This document shows positions 24,051-37,216 of a stretch of DNA of 64,000 bases, piece after piece. Every line of letters starts with the position of its first letter. Position 1 is the stretch's first letter. The notes below the pieces were generated by a model. That model was given only the letters and a program-made list of their open reading frames with translations. It searched no databases and had not been told where the DNA came from. Origin of the DNA: Carcharhinus longimanus (taxonomy: Eukaryota); NCBI GenBank assembly GCA_030264375.1, contig JASCQW010000160.1:16410061-16474060 (forward strand), read 5' to 3'. The position numbers and the translations under genes were made by a program.

Positions 24051-24330
24051 TGTGGTCAGTGCTTTAACCACTGCTTTCCCAACAGCGACAAAGAAATTAT
24101 TTTAATACAGGGAACACATAATGAGAATAAGTTATTGATAAAAATAAATGATTAACTGGTCAAACGTTGCACAACTCACTATGAATTATTTTTGGCACAT
24201 CACAAGTTTGTGCCCACAGTTCAGGTCCACCCCAAAATACAAATAAAGCATATTTTTCTTTTCAAATATAAAAATCCGTAATAAAGAAAGCAAAGGGCAC
24301 TGAAGGGATGTTCTCCATTCTTAATTTTAC

Positions 24331-24534
24331 CTGCCACATGTTTAATCCTCTGGGCTACCTCTTCATCAGTCGGTGTAGTTACAGGACTGATTGTTTCATC
24401 GAGATGTTGGCTTCGCACATGCATGTGAGGTCGCTTTCTCCTTCGAATTGTGGACGATTTGTTGGGTTTTTCTTTTGGAGATTGCCTGTGCAGTTCAGCA
24501 GCATATTGTTTCTCTACTTTTGCAAGCTCAATAT
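24331..24534 (-). CDS. GRAMD1B: GRAMD1B exon, basic linker: DIELAKVEKQYAAELHRQSPKEKPNKSSTIRRRKRPHMHVRSQHLDETISPVTTPTDEEVAQRIKHVA
   Basis: atag|AT...GCAG|gtaaaa; 204 nt, phase 1-1; in ORF 24221..24547. Confidence 0.95.
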
Positions 24535-24721
24535 CTATGGATACCAAAGTAGGGGTGTTTTAAGTTGCAGTCAACCAAACAAAACCGTGTCTTACCTGAT
24601 TAAGTATTACATTATTCAGAATTGAACCAATATATTCGCTACCTCCTGATTAACGCATTGCCTGCAAGTGTGCCCATTTTGTGCAAAAATCCAAGTATTT
24701 AGTTAGTCTACATCAGATCAA

Positions 24722-25040
24722 AGGATGGTCCGTGTTACAGTGGAAAGTGTTCCTGCCTCTAAGCCGTAGTTCCAGGTTCGAGGTCTACCCCAGGATTTGA
24801 TGGCTAAGGAAGGTACTATGGTAAATGCAACTCACACAGGTTGAGTATCAACTTTCAAATCCTTCCAACAAATGCCATTGCCAGGCAGTAAGAGTGGTAG
24901 AATTTTCTGGTCAGAATAGTGGAGCCTTTACTACTACTTTCCGTAGCTCCAAACCATAATACGAACGAAAAAGTTCATACTGCCACAGCAACTTGGACTT
25001 CCTGGTCAAGTTCTTACTAACGGCATCTCAGTGCACCTTG
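24722..25040 (+). mobile_element. tRNA-derived SINE (second family); inverted partial copy at 23139-23270
   Basis: A-box-like gtgttacagtgg, B-box-like ggttcgaggtc; body matches the reverse complement of 23139-23225. Confidence 0.65.
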
Positions 25041-25494
25041 TCTTGGCTTATTATGGTAAACTGGGGAAACAATTTGCATTTAACATAGTACTGCTCAAGA
25101 TAAATTATTACAACCATTAGTGCTTTTGTGATCTCCAATTGTCAAAGAAAAATAGCAACAGGCTAAAATTATTCCTCTCTGCTCAGACTAACGTTCCTTA
25201 CCCAGAAACAAGTCTCGCTCCCAATTCTTTGCTGATCTTAATCTCATAACGATAGCCTTAGCTTTTTGTACTGAAGGACGAAATGTACTAAAGTTCACAC
25301 TCCTCTGAATATGCAGTAACCAGGGATCAAGTTTGGTTGTGACAGCACACGGAGAAAATGGCTCATCAACTCTCATCATTGGGCACGTACAGGAAAAACA
25401 GCCATTTAGATGGCTAGAATTCTCTGATGTTGGACTCCCCACCACCACTGACAGCGAGAACGGAGAACCTGGCACTCAGCCAAATCTCCAATCA

Positions 25495-25713
<219 letters not shown>

Positions 25714-26659
25714 TTAAGTTAATTGATTAAAGAACACATTTATAATTCAGTTATCTTTCAAAACTTTACGTTATTTATACATGCAATCTCGAACAGCATG
25801 TCAAATACATGAAGGAAATTATTTACCTGCTAATTTCCAGGTCAGTGTGCATGAATGGGATCTTACACTTTGTGGGGTAAATGACTATTTCTAGTAAAGC
25901 CTTTCTCCTGGGCAACAAGATGCACAATTTGTGAGGCATGAAAGAGGTATTAGGATCCGTTCATATGGTTCTGACATGCCAACATTTATCCTGAATGTAC
26001 TTTGCACTGATCATTAAACAGCAAAGAACAACAATCACCTTGCAGCTAGAAATACAAGTACATCATTGTCATAATGTTGATTGCTTCTCCATCAGGTTGG
26101 TTCAAAAACAGCATTTAAATCAGGGTGGCTAAGGTGTTATACATTGCTTGTTATTTAATACGTGCTTTAATGCATGCGGGCAATAACACAGAATCAGTGA
26201 TCCCCTCATGACGAGTATAGCGTTTTGGTAATGAGTCTTAAGTCTTCTAATTTTAGTCACTAGCACTGTGAACAAATAAAATTCACAGCTTGCATATTGA
26301 ACTGAATAGACAGGACATTGTTTCTTTGCAAATACCCTTGCTTGTAAAACTTATTGAGTGTGGATGGGATTCAGTCTAGAATAATATGACACAATAGGTT
26401 GTTTTGTTCTGTGAGTTAAAATGAAAAACATTCACCAGATGATAAATGGACCTGAAACTTATTGGAAAGACACTGTTAATACTCCAAAAAAGGCTGTCAT
26501 TTGGAACTCCATAAATCTTTAAATGAATAGTTGGCAATTTTACTTTGTTTTGAATAGGTACATTTTGATCTCATTTTTTTCCCTTTTCAGACTTCAAAGG
26601 TGTTGGTGCAAAACTCACAGTGTGTCTGTCCAGAATTTTCGAAAGCCATCAAAAGGAAG

Positions 26660-26975
26660 AAGGAACGTAGAATCACTACAGTGTAGAAGGAAGCCATTAG
26701 GCCCATCGAGTATGCATCGACTCTTACCCAGGATAACCCCTTAACCCCACATATTTCTCCCACTAATCCCCCTAACACATAGATCTTGGGACACAAAGTG
26801 CAATTTAGCACAGCCAATCAACTTAACTTGCACAACTTTGGAGTGTGGGAGGAAATTGGAGCACCTGGAGGAAATCCAAGAAGATACAGGGAGAACACAG
26901 TCAGGCTGTGAATCGAACCTGGGTCCTTGGCGCTGTGAGGTAGCAGTGCGAATCACTGTGCTAGTAAGCTGCCCA
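26660..26975 (-). mobile_element. HE1-like SINE
   Basis: gaatcgaacctgggtccttggcgctgtgaggtagcagtgc head; ggcccatcgagt tail. Confidence 0.85.
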
Positions 26976-27080
26976 CAGGACCAGTAGTCAAATATCCAGC
27001 CCTTCAGTTTGTTCTGCCATTCAATTAGATCATTATCAAATTAAGAAGCACTTTAAGGAAGCACAAATTAAAAAGGGTGA

Positions 27081-27340
27081 CAGTCTGTGGGGAGCATACA
27101 TGTCCTTCCCATGTCTGCGAGGGTTTCCTCAGGGTGCTCTGGTTTCCTCCCATTGTACAAAGAGGTACAAGTTAAATGGACAAACTAAATTGCCCCTTAA
27201 TGTCGAAAAATGTCTAGGTTAGTGGATTAAACATGGTAAATGTGTAAGGTTACAGGGATAGAGCCAGGGTGTGGGCCTAGGTAAGATACACTTTTGGAGG
27301 GCTATATGGCCTCTTTCTGCATGTGGGGATTCTATGGTTC
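27081..27340 (+). mobile_element. HE1-like SINE (5' truncated)
   Basis: gggtttcctcagggtgctctggtttcctccc...gggattctatgg. Confidence 0.8.
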
Positions 27341-28501
27341 CAAACACAAAGACTGACTGATGTTTGAAACTCTTCTACAAATAGCAACAGTTGCAAAATA
27401 AATTTTAGGGTATTAACAGATTGGGGAGTTTGTGGATTTAGTTTGCAGATCAGCCATAAATCTCATTGAAAGGCAGAGCAGTTTCAAATAACCTGGTTCC
27501 TGGTTCCTACTTCCAAAATGTTGAACAGTATTTCCCATGTCCATCTGCCTTAATTCCCTTGCCAAACAAATATTTATCAGTATCATTTTTGAATTTTCAA
27601 GTCACAACAGCGTCTCTGGGAAAAAAGTCTCATTTTCTATTCATCTTTGTGTGAAGTAGTAGCAAAGTAGTTGTCCAAGTATTAGAAGGCTCCATGGGGG
27701 GGAAAATGACTAAAGGCCAAAATTTTCAGTCCTCATTCGCAGTTGGGATTTTCCGGTGCCGCTAAAAACAAATGGAGCTTTGGCTGGAACACCAAATTTT
27801 CTGTTCTTGTTTGCACTGGGTTCCGCCATGGACAAGACAGAAAAACCCCACTCAAAGAATACCATCTGAGGTTGCTTAGGGATGTTGAATTATTAAGAGA
27901 TATTAAGAATACAAGAATACGATATTAAGAAGACTTCTTAATATTTACTATTTTCTGTATTCAAGGGGGAATACATTCTAGGAAGTTGTGCAATCTTCTG
28001 GATTGACTTTACTATTAATTATTAGTCATTATTGGCAGATATTTTCAGTAAATGATGGTATAAGAATGTTTCTTTTATTGCTTTCCCAAATCTAGGACAC
28101 TAGGAGAGGGCTGTTGATATCTCCAGTAAGATAAAGGGAGAAGAGTTTCTGGTTGAACCCTGAGCTTGCAATGTTATCAAATAATGGGTATTTGAAGGTG
28201 CAAGTCGGTTCTTAAAGAGAAATGGTGCATCCAAGGTTGGTCTTTGACACTAAATGTGAAACCATATCAACCCATCAAAGCAGCTGCACGAAGATGTAAC
28301 ATTGCAGTGGCGAAAATCTATTCCAGCTCCATTCAGGTTCCACTGTCTAAAATTATCTCCTTGGTGTTAAGTAATGCTCTCTTCAGAGAATTGCAAAATG
28401 ATGAAGAATTTAAGAATCGCAAACTTTTTGTGGTACTTGCTGCACTTAAATTCAATATGTTGCTACACAAAACTACTAAATCAGGAGTAACAGCTTCCTT
28501 A

Positions 28502-28648
<147 letters not shown>

Positions 28649-28984
28649 TTAATGAAGAAAAATTTCAAAGTGCACAAATTGCAATCAGTACATTGGAAAA
28701 ACACTCTAGGGAATACATATCACAAGTGGTAATTGCTTACTTCAAGATCAGTCCTCTGCAGTTTACATTAAACAATATTTTACCAAACTAAACAGTTATT
28801 TAGTTTTTGATGGTTGAAACTACAAAGCTCAGGAGTCAGTGTCTTGCAGTGCTATAAAATGCTAATTTTGATAACCTGCAAACAGCAAGTATTTTAGTTG
28901 GATAAAATAGCCTAATGTATTCCATCACTAATTATAGCTTCATAGAATCGGTGCTGTCAGTTGTTAGAAGCATAAATACCTCGG

Positions 28985-29258
28985 AAGCACAGTGGTTAGA
29001 ACTGCTGCCTCACAGCGCCAGGGACCTAGGTACGATTCCCTGCTGAGGTCACTGTCTGTGTGAAGCTTGCATATTTTCCCCATGTCTCCATGGGTTTCCC
29101 CTAAGTGCTCTGGTTAGGTGGATTGGCCATGCTAAATTGCCCATTAGTGTCAGGGGGTCTAGCTCGGGTAAATGCATGGGAATGGGGCTTGGCTGGGATT
29201 GTGGCAGATTTGATGGGCTGGATGGCCTCCTGCACTGTTGGATTCTATGATTCTATGA
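28985..29258 (+). mobile_element. HE1-like SINE
   Basis: gcacagtggttagaactgctgcctcacagcgccaggg...gattctatgattctatga. Confidence 0.85.
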
Positions 29259-29383
29259 AATTGTACTGAGATCACAGGATTTACTTACTCCAACAACACT
29301 GACTTAGGAATCAAAGATGAACTCTATCAAGTGCTAAAGATATAAGCCAGATCACATTTAATGTTAACTTTGAAGAGTCTTAC

Positions 29384-29502
29384 CTGGGTCTCGGTGACTG
29401 TGGCAGTTTTTGGCGCAAGTGGGTTTGAGAGAGCAATAGTGTACAACATCACTCGGGTCTGATTGCCATCAACTTCTTTCTTCCAAGGATGACTAACCAT
29501 AT
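29384..29502 (-). CDS. GRAMD1B: GRAMD1B exon, VASt domain: DMVSHPWKKEVDGNQTRVMLYTIALSNPLAPKTATVTETQ
   Basis: ctag|AT...CAG|gtaaga; 119 nt, phase 1-0; in ORF 29327..29536. Confidence 0.96.
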
Positions 29503-29877
29503 CTAGAGTGAAAAATAATTCAGTATTGTTAGCCATTCTTCATCATTCTAGGACCTTCATCTGGAATGCAGGATTTGCAGAAGTAGCTTTCATTATGGCT
29601 AATATGAGTATTCAGTTTCATCATACACATAGGTCAGAATCTGACCTCGCTGCAGTGAGTTTCTCTGCAGTGAATGTGCGAACCTATCAAACGTCCATTG
29701 ACTTTGGCAGGAAAGGCCAGAAAATAGAATGTGTGTGTGTGTTTTTAAACTTCTCATTTTACTTTCACTTAATCACTTATTCCAATTCTGAATCGTGCAG
29801 AGTCATGGTGTTCGGCAGGGTTCACGCAGGACAGGATCGCAGTTCAGCGTAGGACTCGCACTCGCACACAGACAAAC

Positions 29878-30075
29878 TTAAGACAATTTAGCATGGCCTA
29901 TTTACCTAACCTGCCATCTTTAGACGGGGGAGGAAACTGGAGCACCCAGTGAAAACCCATGCAGACACAGATAGAATCTGCAGACTCCACACAGACAGAC
30001 ATAAGGCCGGAATTGAACTTGGGTCCCTGGAGCTGTGAGGCAGCAGCATCAACTATTGTGCCACCGTGCTGCCCA
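29878..30075 (-). mobile_element. HE1-like SINE (5' half)
   Basis: caatttagcatggcc...ggaattgaacttgggtccctggagctgtgaggcagc...gtgccaccgtgctgccc. Confidence 0.8.
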
Positions 30076-31817
30076 GTGTTTTTTAAACATCTCTGTCAAT
30101 TAGGTGATCAATGGAGGTTAAAAAATATACATTTTATGGTTGTGTTTGATTAAACAAATCATTTTCTTTCCTATTGAAACATTTGTGAATGCATGATCAA
30201 TTGTGTTAAGCATCATACATTGGCAATTTCTGTCCTCAAAGTCTCACTGCTTTTCACATTTTTGTACCAATCCCGCATATTAGAAACTTCTTACATATAT
30301 TTATTACACCGTGATGGCATTTCATTGCTTCAGTTTTGCATTTCCAGCTCTTCAGTGTGTAATAAGCACTTAAGTCCCAACCAGACCTACTCTTGTGCTT
30401 CCCAAAATGCCATAAGTTTTGCAGAAAAAACAATTTCAAAAATAAATTGATTGGATGGCCACAAAAAGGAAATACACTTGCCAGATAGAGCAGAGAATAG
30501 GACTAAGTGGAATGGTCTACAGAGAGCCTACATGGACTTGATGGCCTCTTTCTGTTTGTCGTGAGACTATGCACCTTCACTTTTTCGAAAAAACGGTTTT
30601 TCAACTTTCAAGTGACTGAAGTTTGGAAATTTTGCACTTTGAATAGAGACAGAGCAAACTGTTTAAAAACGCAAGGTCACGTTCCAAGGTGAAAGTGAGG
30701 AACAAATAAATTACCCTCAGGGGAAATTGAAGAGAGCAACATTTCTTATAGTCTAGAAACAATAACTGTCACAGAAGTACACGTGCAAAACCTCTTCGAA
30801 ATTCAAAATGGATGAAGTATTTCAAGGCAAAGCTGACCAATCACTTGAGAGAGATTGCAAGTGACAACAGGTGTTGTCAAGAAAGTCATCAGCAGAGAAA
30901 AGGGACTGAAGGCTGCTTTCGCTTCTATTTACACTTTTGGAATAACAGTGTCACCCAATTTGAAAAGCCAACTCTATCAGGAACCTACCAGCAAGTGAAG
31001 GATCTCGTAATAATTACAACATCTTCTGAAGCTGATTGCATCAAAGAAACAAGCTAACCTAAATGAGCCATAGCATTTAACATCTATGCCTCAATGACAA
31101 TCAAAGGACATTTAATTGTATATTATTTTACCTTTTGTTTGGACTCTAACTTCCAAATGTTTGACCTCACATTATTACTTGGGATTAGAAGTTAATAAAT
31201 TTGTTTTTTTCACTCAAAACACTCCGTTTGATTCCTTAAAAACTTAAAACATTCTGATTTGGAAAAGGCATATTCTTGTAAAAGAGAAACTTAAACCTTT
31301 GTACCAAAGGGAGTGAGTTCACCTCTTTTCTCCTGATTATAACATAGGCCATAATGACTTTATGATCTAATTATGAATGATCTGAACTTAAAATACCATA
31401 TGTAAATAAGAGTGGAATGGATGATTATAAAATAGAAATTGAATTAAGCTTGCAAGTGGTGGTCCATTGTTACCTGCCCTCTACATGTGCTTCACCTGAA
31501 AAGTACCCTTGGTTTGAATCCCATTGCACAATGTTAAGGAAACTGCCTAGTTTATGTCAAGAAAAAAAAAAATCACAATTCAAATTATCAAAATAAATAC
31601 TTACATCGCTGGGAAAAGAACTATTATCACATCTAAGGTGATACAATACATTTTGTTCATCTGGTTGTAAACAACAGAAGGGTTAATATACATATTTTAT
31701 GATGTTCATGCCCTTTAAGAACTCTGTATATGGGTATGTTCCAGTAATGATTGATCATATATTTTTGTTGACATTAACTAATTCTTCAAAAAAAAACAAC
31801 GCAGGTGATCCCCAACC

Positions 31818-32011
31818 GACTCAAGAACAGCTTCTTCTCTGCTGCCATCAGACTTCTGAATGGATCTGCCTCGTATTAAGTTGATCTTTCTCTGCAGTCT
31901 AGCTATGACTGTAACACTACATGCTGCACTCTCTCCTTTCCTTCTCCATGTACAATACTTTTCACTGTATACTAATACATGTGACAATAATAAATCAAAT
32001 CAAATCAAATC
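31818..32011 (+). mobile_element. Rex1/Babar-like LINE 3' end with (CAAAT)n tail
   Basis: Encodes RLKNSFFSAAIRLLN, followed by aataaatcaaatcaaatcaaatc. Confidence 0.7.
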
Positions 32012-32559
32012 CAACAAGTGTACAGCTCCTCTGTATCAGTGAGGATCGCAAAGCAGCCTGTCATCACCGATCTAGAGAAGCTAGAGGAAAAAGGACCTAA
32101 AATGCTGGGCCCCTTCTCAAGCACATTTAATATTTTGTCTGAAAACACCAAAGAATTTTTTCCATGCACAATTTTTTTCCCTTCTGTCACACTTCTAATG
32201 TAGCATTTTCAAATGTCAAAAATATAAGAGAGAAAAATAAAGGCAGTCTGTTTCATCTTAGTTTCTTCTGATCTGCAGTTTACTATTTAGAAGTACTCAC
32301 CAATCTGTAAGTCTCCTTTACCCATAGTACTTAACCACAAATTGATCTCAAGATACTGTTCGTAAAATAGTAAGACACTGTGACCATGAAGGGTTAAAGG
32401 CAACTGTAGCTTAACAGGACAGCAGGTTGTCCATTAATTAGCATGAATCTGCTAACGCACAAAGGTCTTCCATACCTGTCAAGTGACCATGAGCAATACC
32501 GTGGGAGATTTTAGTATTAATTATTAGATCAAAAAAAGGTAAACTCTCACTCCCCATCC

Positions 32560-34272
32560 TTCTCATCCTGTCCAGTCTTTGAGACTGTTGATCACACTAT
32601 CTTCCTCCAATGCCTCTCCACGGTTGTCTAGCTGGGTGGGACTGCTCTCATGTGGTTCAATTATTATCTAGTCATAGCCAAAGAATCACTGCAATTCTTT
32701 ACTTCTTGTGTCTACACCGTTATCTGTGCTGTCCTCCATGGATCTATCTTGATCTCTTTTCTATATCTCATTTACATAATCTGCTTCAGTGGCATTATCC
32801 ACAAACTGACAACACCCATCTCTACCTCACCATCACCTTTCTTGAGAACCTCACTGTTGATATATCATCAGACAGTTTATTTGACATTCAATACTGAATG
32901 AGCAGAAATTTCCTCCAACTAAACTGGAAAGACTGAAGCCGTTGTTTTCATTGTTTACCTACCACATATACTGCTCTCCAATTACTGACACTACCCCTTT
33001 GCTTGGCAGCAGTATGAGATCAAACCAGTTTGTTCAAAATCTTGGTGTCACATCTGATCCCGAGTTAGGTTTCTGACATCATGGCCAGGATTCTCCAAAA
33101 AACAAACTAAGCATCCAACGTGCAGGAAAATGGGAATATTTCCTGCCTGTTTTTTGGGCGCTCCCACCAGAGCGAATCTCCGACACTCTGAGCATTGCAG
33201 AGTGCCTCAGCGTGAATCACTCTCGGGTAAGTAGGTGGCGAGGCCTATTCCTGTCCAAGAGGCCAGCATGTGGGTATGCCGGCGTTGGACTGGCGTAAAC
33301 ACAGTAAAAAGTCTGACAACACCAGGTTTTAGTCCAACCTNNNNNNNNNNNNNNNNNNNNNNNNNNNNNNNNNNNNNNCGCAAGCCCCTGTTCACTGGCC
33401 TCCCGAACCTCCCCTAGCCAGCTCCTTTGTGCTCTCTCTATCCGAGCGCTGATCTCCCCTGCCTTACCCACTCCCCCACCTGATCCCGAGCACCAATTCC
33501 CCTCCCCCACCCTTCGCTCGGATAGTCCAGCGTGGAGCTGATTACGCTAAAAAAAACCTGGGAGATTGTGCCCAGCATTACAGGCCCCCTGCTGGTGTTT
33601 CCTGGCCCATATTTGTGCCATTACTAAGACCACCTATTTTGACATCTGTGATGTTGCCTGAATTCACTTATCTCAGCTCATCTGCCGCGATAACCCTCAT
33701 TCATGCCTTTCTTATATCCAGATTCAATTATCCAAATACATTCTTGGTTGGCCATTCAAAATTTTTGTAAACTTGAGGTCATCCAAAATCCTGCTGCCTT
33801 TGTCTTCAATTACAGCAAGTCCTATTCCCCCTTCAATCCTGAGCTCAATGATTTACATTGGATCTCAGTCAGCTATGTCTTGAGTTTAAAATTTTCAATC
33901 TTCTTCTTAAATCCCTCCATGGCCATGTCCCTTTCTATTGCTGCATTCTTGTTCAGCCCCACAACCCTCTGAGATATCTGTACTCCTCTAAATCATGCCT
34001 ATTGCACATTCCCATGATAACTGATCCACCACTGGTGGCCACACCTTCAGTTGCCTTGTCTCCAAGCACTGGAATTTCCCTACATCTCTTTACCTTGCTT
34101 TTCCTTCTTTCAGGCAATCCTTAAAACATTTCTATTCAACCAAGCTTTTGGTCATTTGGCCTAATATTGTCTTATGTGGCTAGGTGTCACCTTAGTTTTG
34201 TTATGCTTCTCTGAAGTGCTTGGGGTATTTCATTACACGAATAGCATTATATAAATGTAAGTTATTGTTATT
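32560..34272 (+). mobile_element. L2-type LINE 3' fragment, interrupted by a MITE
   Basis: FETVDHTI RT motif (ttgagactgttgatcacactatc), LHW motif, tail attatataaatgtaagttattgttattg. Confidence 0.8.
33083..33607. mobile_element. PIF/Harbinger-like MITE with TIR GGCCAGGA and 3-bp TSD CAT
   Basis: cat|ggccagga ... tcctggcc|cat; the L2 sequence resumes seamlessly on both sides. Confidence 0.7.
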
Positions 34273-34510
34273 GGCTTTGGGATGGTAATTCACTTTGGGA
34301 CAGAAGCTTGAACGTTTTCCCCTTTAATTATCTTCAGAATTTAAATAACTTCAGTGTATACCCTTTACCTTCGTTTGGAAAGTTGCATTATGGTTAGAGT
34401 AAAATAAAACTTTTTTTCAGCTTTTCTGAGACAGAAGAACACCATAGTCCTGGGAACACTGAGTTCTCCATAGGCTTTATCTACACAAGATATTATGAAA
34501 ACTAGTTTAC

Positions 34511-34654
34511 CAGTGAACCTCCGCTGCTCAAAGAAATCTCGTAGAAACTGGGAGTCAGTGAAGAGTAGATCGTACAGCTTGTCCACATTGACATGGAAAA
34601 CCTCATTAATGTACTGTCGGCCATTGAGATCTTCATAGAACGCTTGCACTTCTC
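34511..34654 (-). CDS. GRAMD1B: GRAMD1B exon, start of VASt/ASTER domain: GEVQAFYEDLNGRQYINEVFHVNVDKLYDLLFTDSQFLRDFFEQRRFT
   Basis: gcag|GA...ACTG|gtaaac; 144 nt, phase 1-1; in ORF 34365..34709. Confidence 0.96.
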
Positions 34655-37041
34655 CTGCAGTGAGGAGATGTAAAAATAAAATTAGACATAAATTAATCCG
34701 ACATTGCAAAACAAAACACTATACAACTGGTGGAAGATTATAGCAATAGCTTTGAGAGATGATGCTGATCATCATCTAATTTCCCTTCATTTAGTTTTAT
34801 ATCCTGATTTAATGCATGGTTATAAAAGCTCAGCAACTAAATAGCCAAACAGTAGATCTGCTGCAGAGGGCTTCAGGCAATATCGTCTCCTGTTCTTATA
34901 ATTCAATCTAATCTCTTCCATATGTATGTTTGCTTGAAATATTTCTTGCCGGGTCCTTCATCAGTCAAATTAACAAAAACTCTTTTACTCCAGCTCCTCA
35001 TAGTTACTTAAGAAATACTTGGAACAATAAATTTGACATATATATGGGAGAAATCCAAAAATATAACATTAGTATACACTATTATTTCCTTTGAGAGAGA
35101 TGAATAATGACCCTAACTTGTTACTCATGATTGATAGTAACTATCAGTGAATATTTAATTTATTAGCCTTGCATCTAATCCTGTAGCCCACGTAAAAATT
35201 ATTTCTGTTTTAAATTCTGTGCTGTCCAGTAACCACCATTCTGTCTTATCGCTTTTACTCCATGAACGTTTGTGAAAGTTGATTCTAACATGATTGTTTG
35301 AAGAAATGTTTTTTACTAAAACACTGACTTCTTGCCCCACTTGATTATCATTTAATGATCCACATCATGTGTCAACTTTGGGGCTGAGTTTAAATCAAGT
35401 AGAATGGGTCATGCGCTACAAAAAGAGATTTAAAACAAAATAAATCTTGCACTGGTGATATTGCGTCCCAATTTCTTTACACTCAAATCTGTATTAGCAA
35501 CCTACATCACATTTTGAAAGCAGGACAAATGCAACTTAATCCATTAACAGCTATTGTTACATGCAGAAAAAAGTCCATTTTATTTGGAAGAAATTAAAGG
35601 GAACTTCAACCCCACTTAAAATTGGAAAATGTGAACAGTCTCCACGCCAAAGCAGCCTTTTAATTTGCTTATCATTTCATACTTGCAAAATAATTTCATG
35701 TTTCCAAAAAGTTAATGATGTAATGCTCTTTAACAAAATGCTGCCTCAATAAAAATATATTTTGCTTTGCCAAAAATGAGAATAAGGCTTGGATTCAAAA
35801 CACTTGATGGAAGTGAAATTGCTTCGCAGTTATTTAATAAGCACTGTGGGAGGAAGGGGAAGAGGAAGTAAAAATATTCAGTGAATGATTCTACATGACG
35901 ATTATGCTATATGTGTTTAACCCAAGGAATGAAGGGGTGAATCTTTGGTAATCGTGGTAAGGAACGTCCTGTCATGTTTTATCAAATGCAGTATGGCCAT
36001 TCTATAACTAAACCATATGATTCTGAGATCCCTGTTCTGAACATGATGGATAAAATACAGGACTAACTGAATGTGGGAAAGCAATTTTATATGGCACAGG
36101 ATTAATTGAATTTGGGGAAGCAATTTTATTTGGCAATCGATTAGACTGCACCAATTTTCCAGTATCTTGAGACAGTAAATATGTTTGTGTTTATACCTAT
36201 ACAATTAAGTGTGATCATTTATTTTAAATTGGGTTGAATTCTCCTTACAGGTAAAGAACCTGTGTTCTTTTTCAGTATTCACAAGACACAAAATATTTAT
36301 TAAATACTCTTAAAATCTAATAAATGATTATCTTTAAACTCAATGGTTCCATACCTGTTTTCAGTTTTTTAAAATCAGCTGTAGTTAGTCCCACTAAAAT
36401 GAATGTAGACAGGAAAAATGAAAGTGAAAATGGGGCAAACGTTTCTAATATATATTGTGCTTAGACTAGTTATCATCACAGCTTCAAATGTGCTTTGTGT
36501 CAATCATTCTGATTCAATTTTTCAAAGAATGGTCCAGCAAGCATTGAAATTTTGTGTGTACCACTGAGGTAACAAAAATATACTGAAAATAAAACAAACT
36601 GCTTCTGAATATTTTATAAAAAAAGTTAAAACGCATTTCTGAAGACGCACATTTTGCTCTATTTTACATGCAGATTTTTTTTCTAAAATAAACCTAGCTG
36701 CTCTTTTCTCTCCCTTGCTGAGAAGCCTTGAACCTCATGCAGTTTTAAAAGCATCAAGCTGGAAAAAATTATATAAAACATGCCTTAGCTAATTCAAAAT
36801 AATCCCCACAAAGTTAACTGTTTCAGCATGATGGTCGATCAATATCACATGATCAATATCGCCTGATCAATTTCATAGGCCCTACATAGTGTTTAATAAC
36901 AAATAAAATCTCTGTCTAATCATGGTTTGCTGATGTTCCCTTCTCACCCCCTCACTCCAAACTAGGTTTCAGATCTGAAGTGGTAGAGAACCTCTGAAGG
37001 GATGTAAAAACTGACAGCCATAAAATGGGTTAATGACATAC

Positions 37042-37216
37042 CCTCGTCATGTGTTTCAGAGGAGTCACTAAGCTCTGTTGGAATATCCTCATTATCATTG
37101 AAGTCCAGGGAAGGAGAGTTCACTGGCAAAATGATTTCATTCTTGTCAATGGCCTGAAGGGCTTCAATTTCATCTTCTAGGTGATGGTCATCCTCTTCTG
37201 GCAGAATACCATCGAA
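37042..37216 (-). CDS. GRAMD1B: GRAMD1B exon, acidic linker: FDGILPEEDDHHLEDEIEALQAIDKNEIILPVNSPSLDFNDNEDIPTELSDSSETHDE
   Basis: atag|TTC...GAGG|gtatgt; 175 nt, phase 0-1; conserved PVNSPSLDFNDNEDIPTELSDSS motif. Confidence 0.94.
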
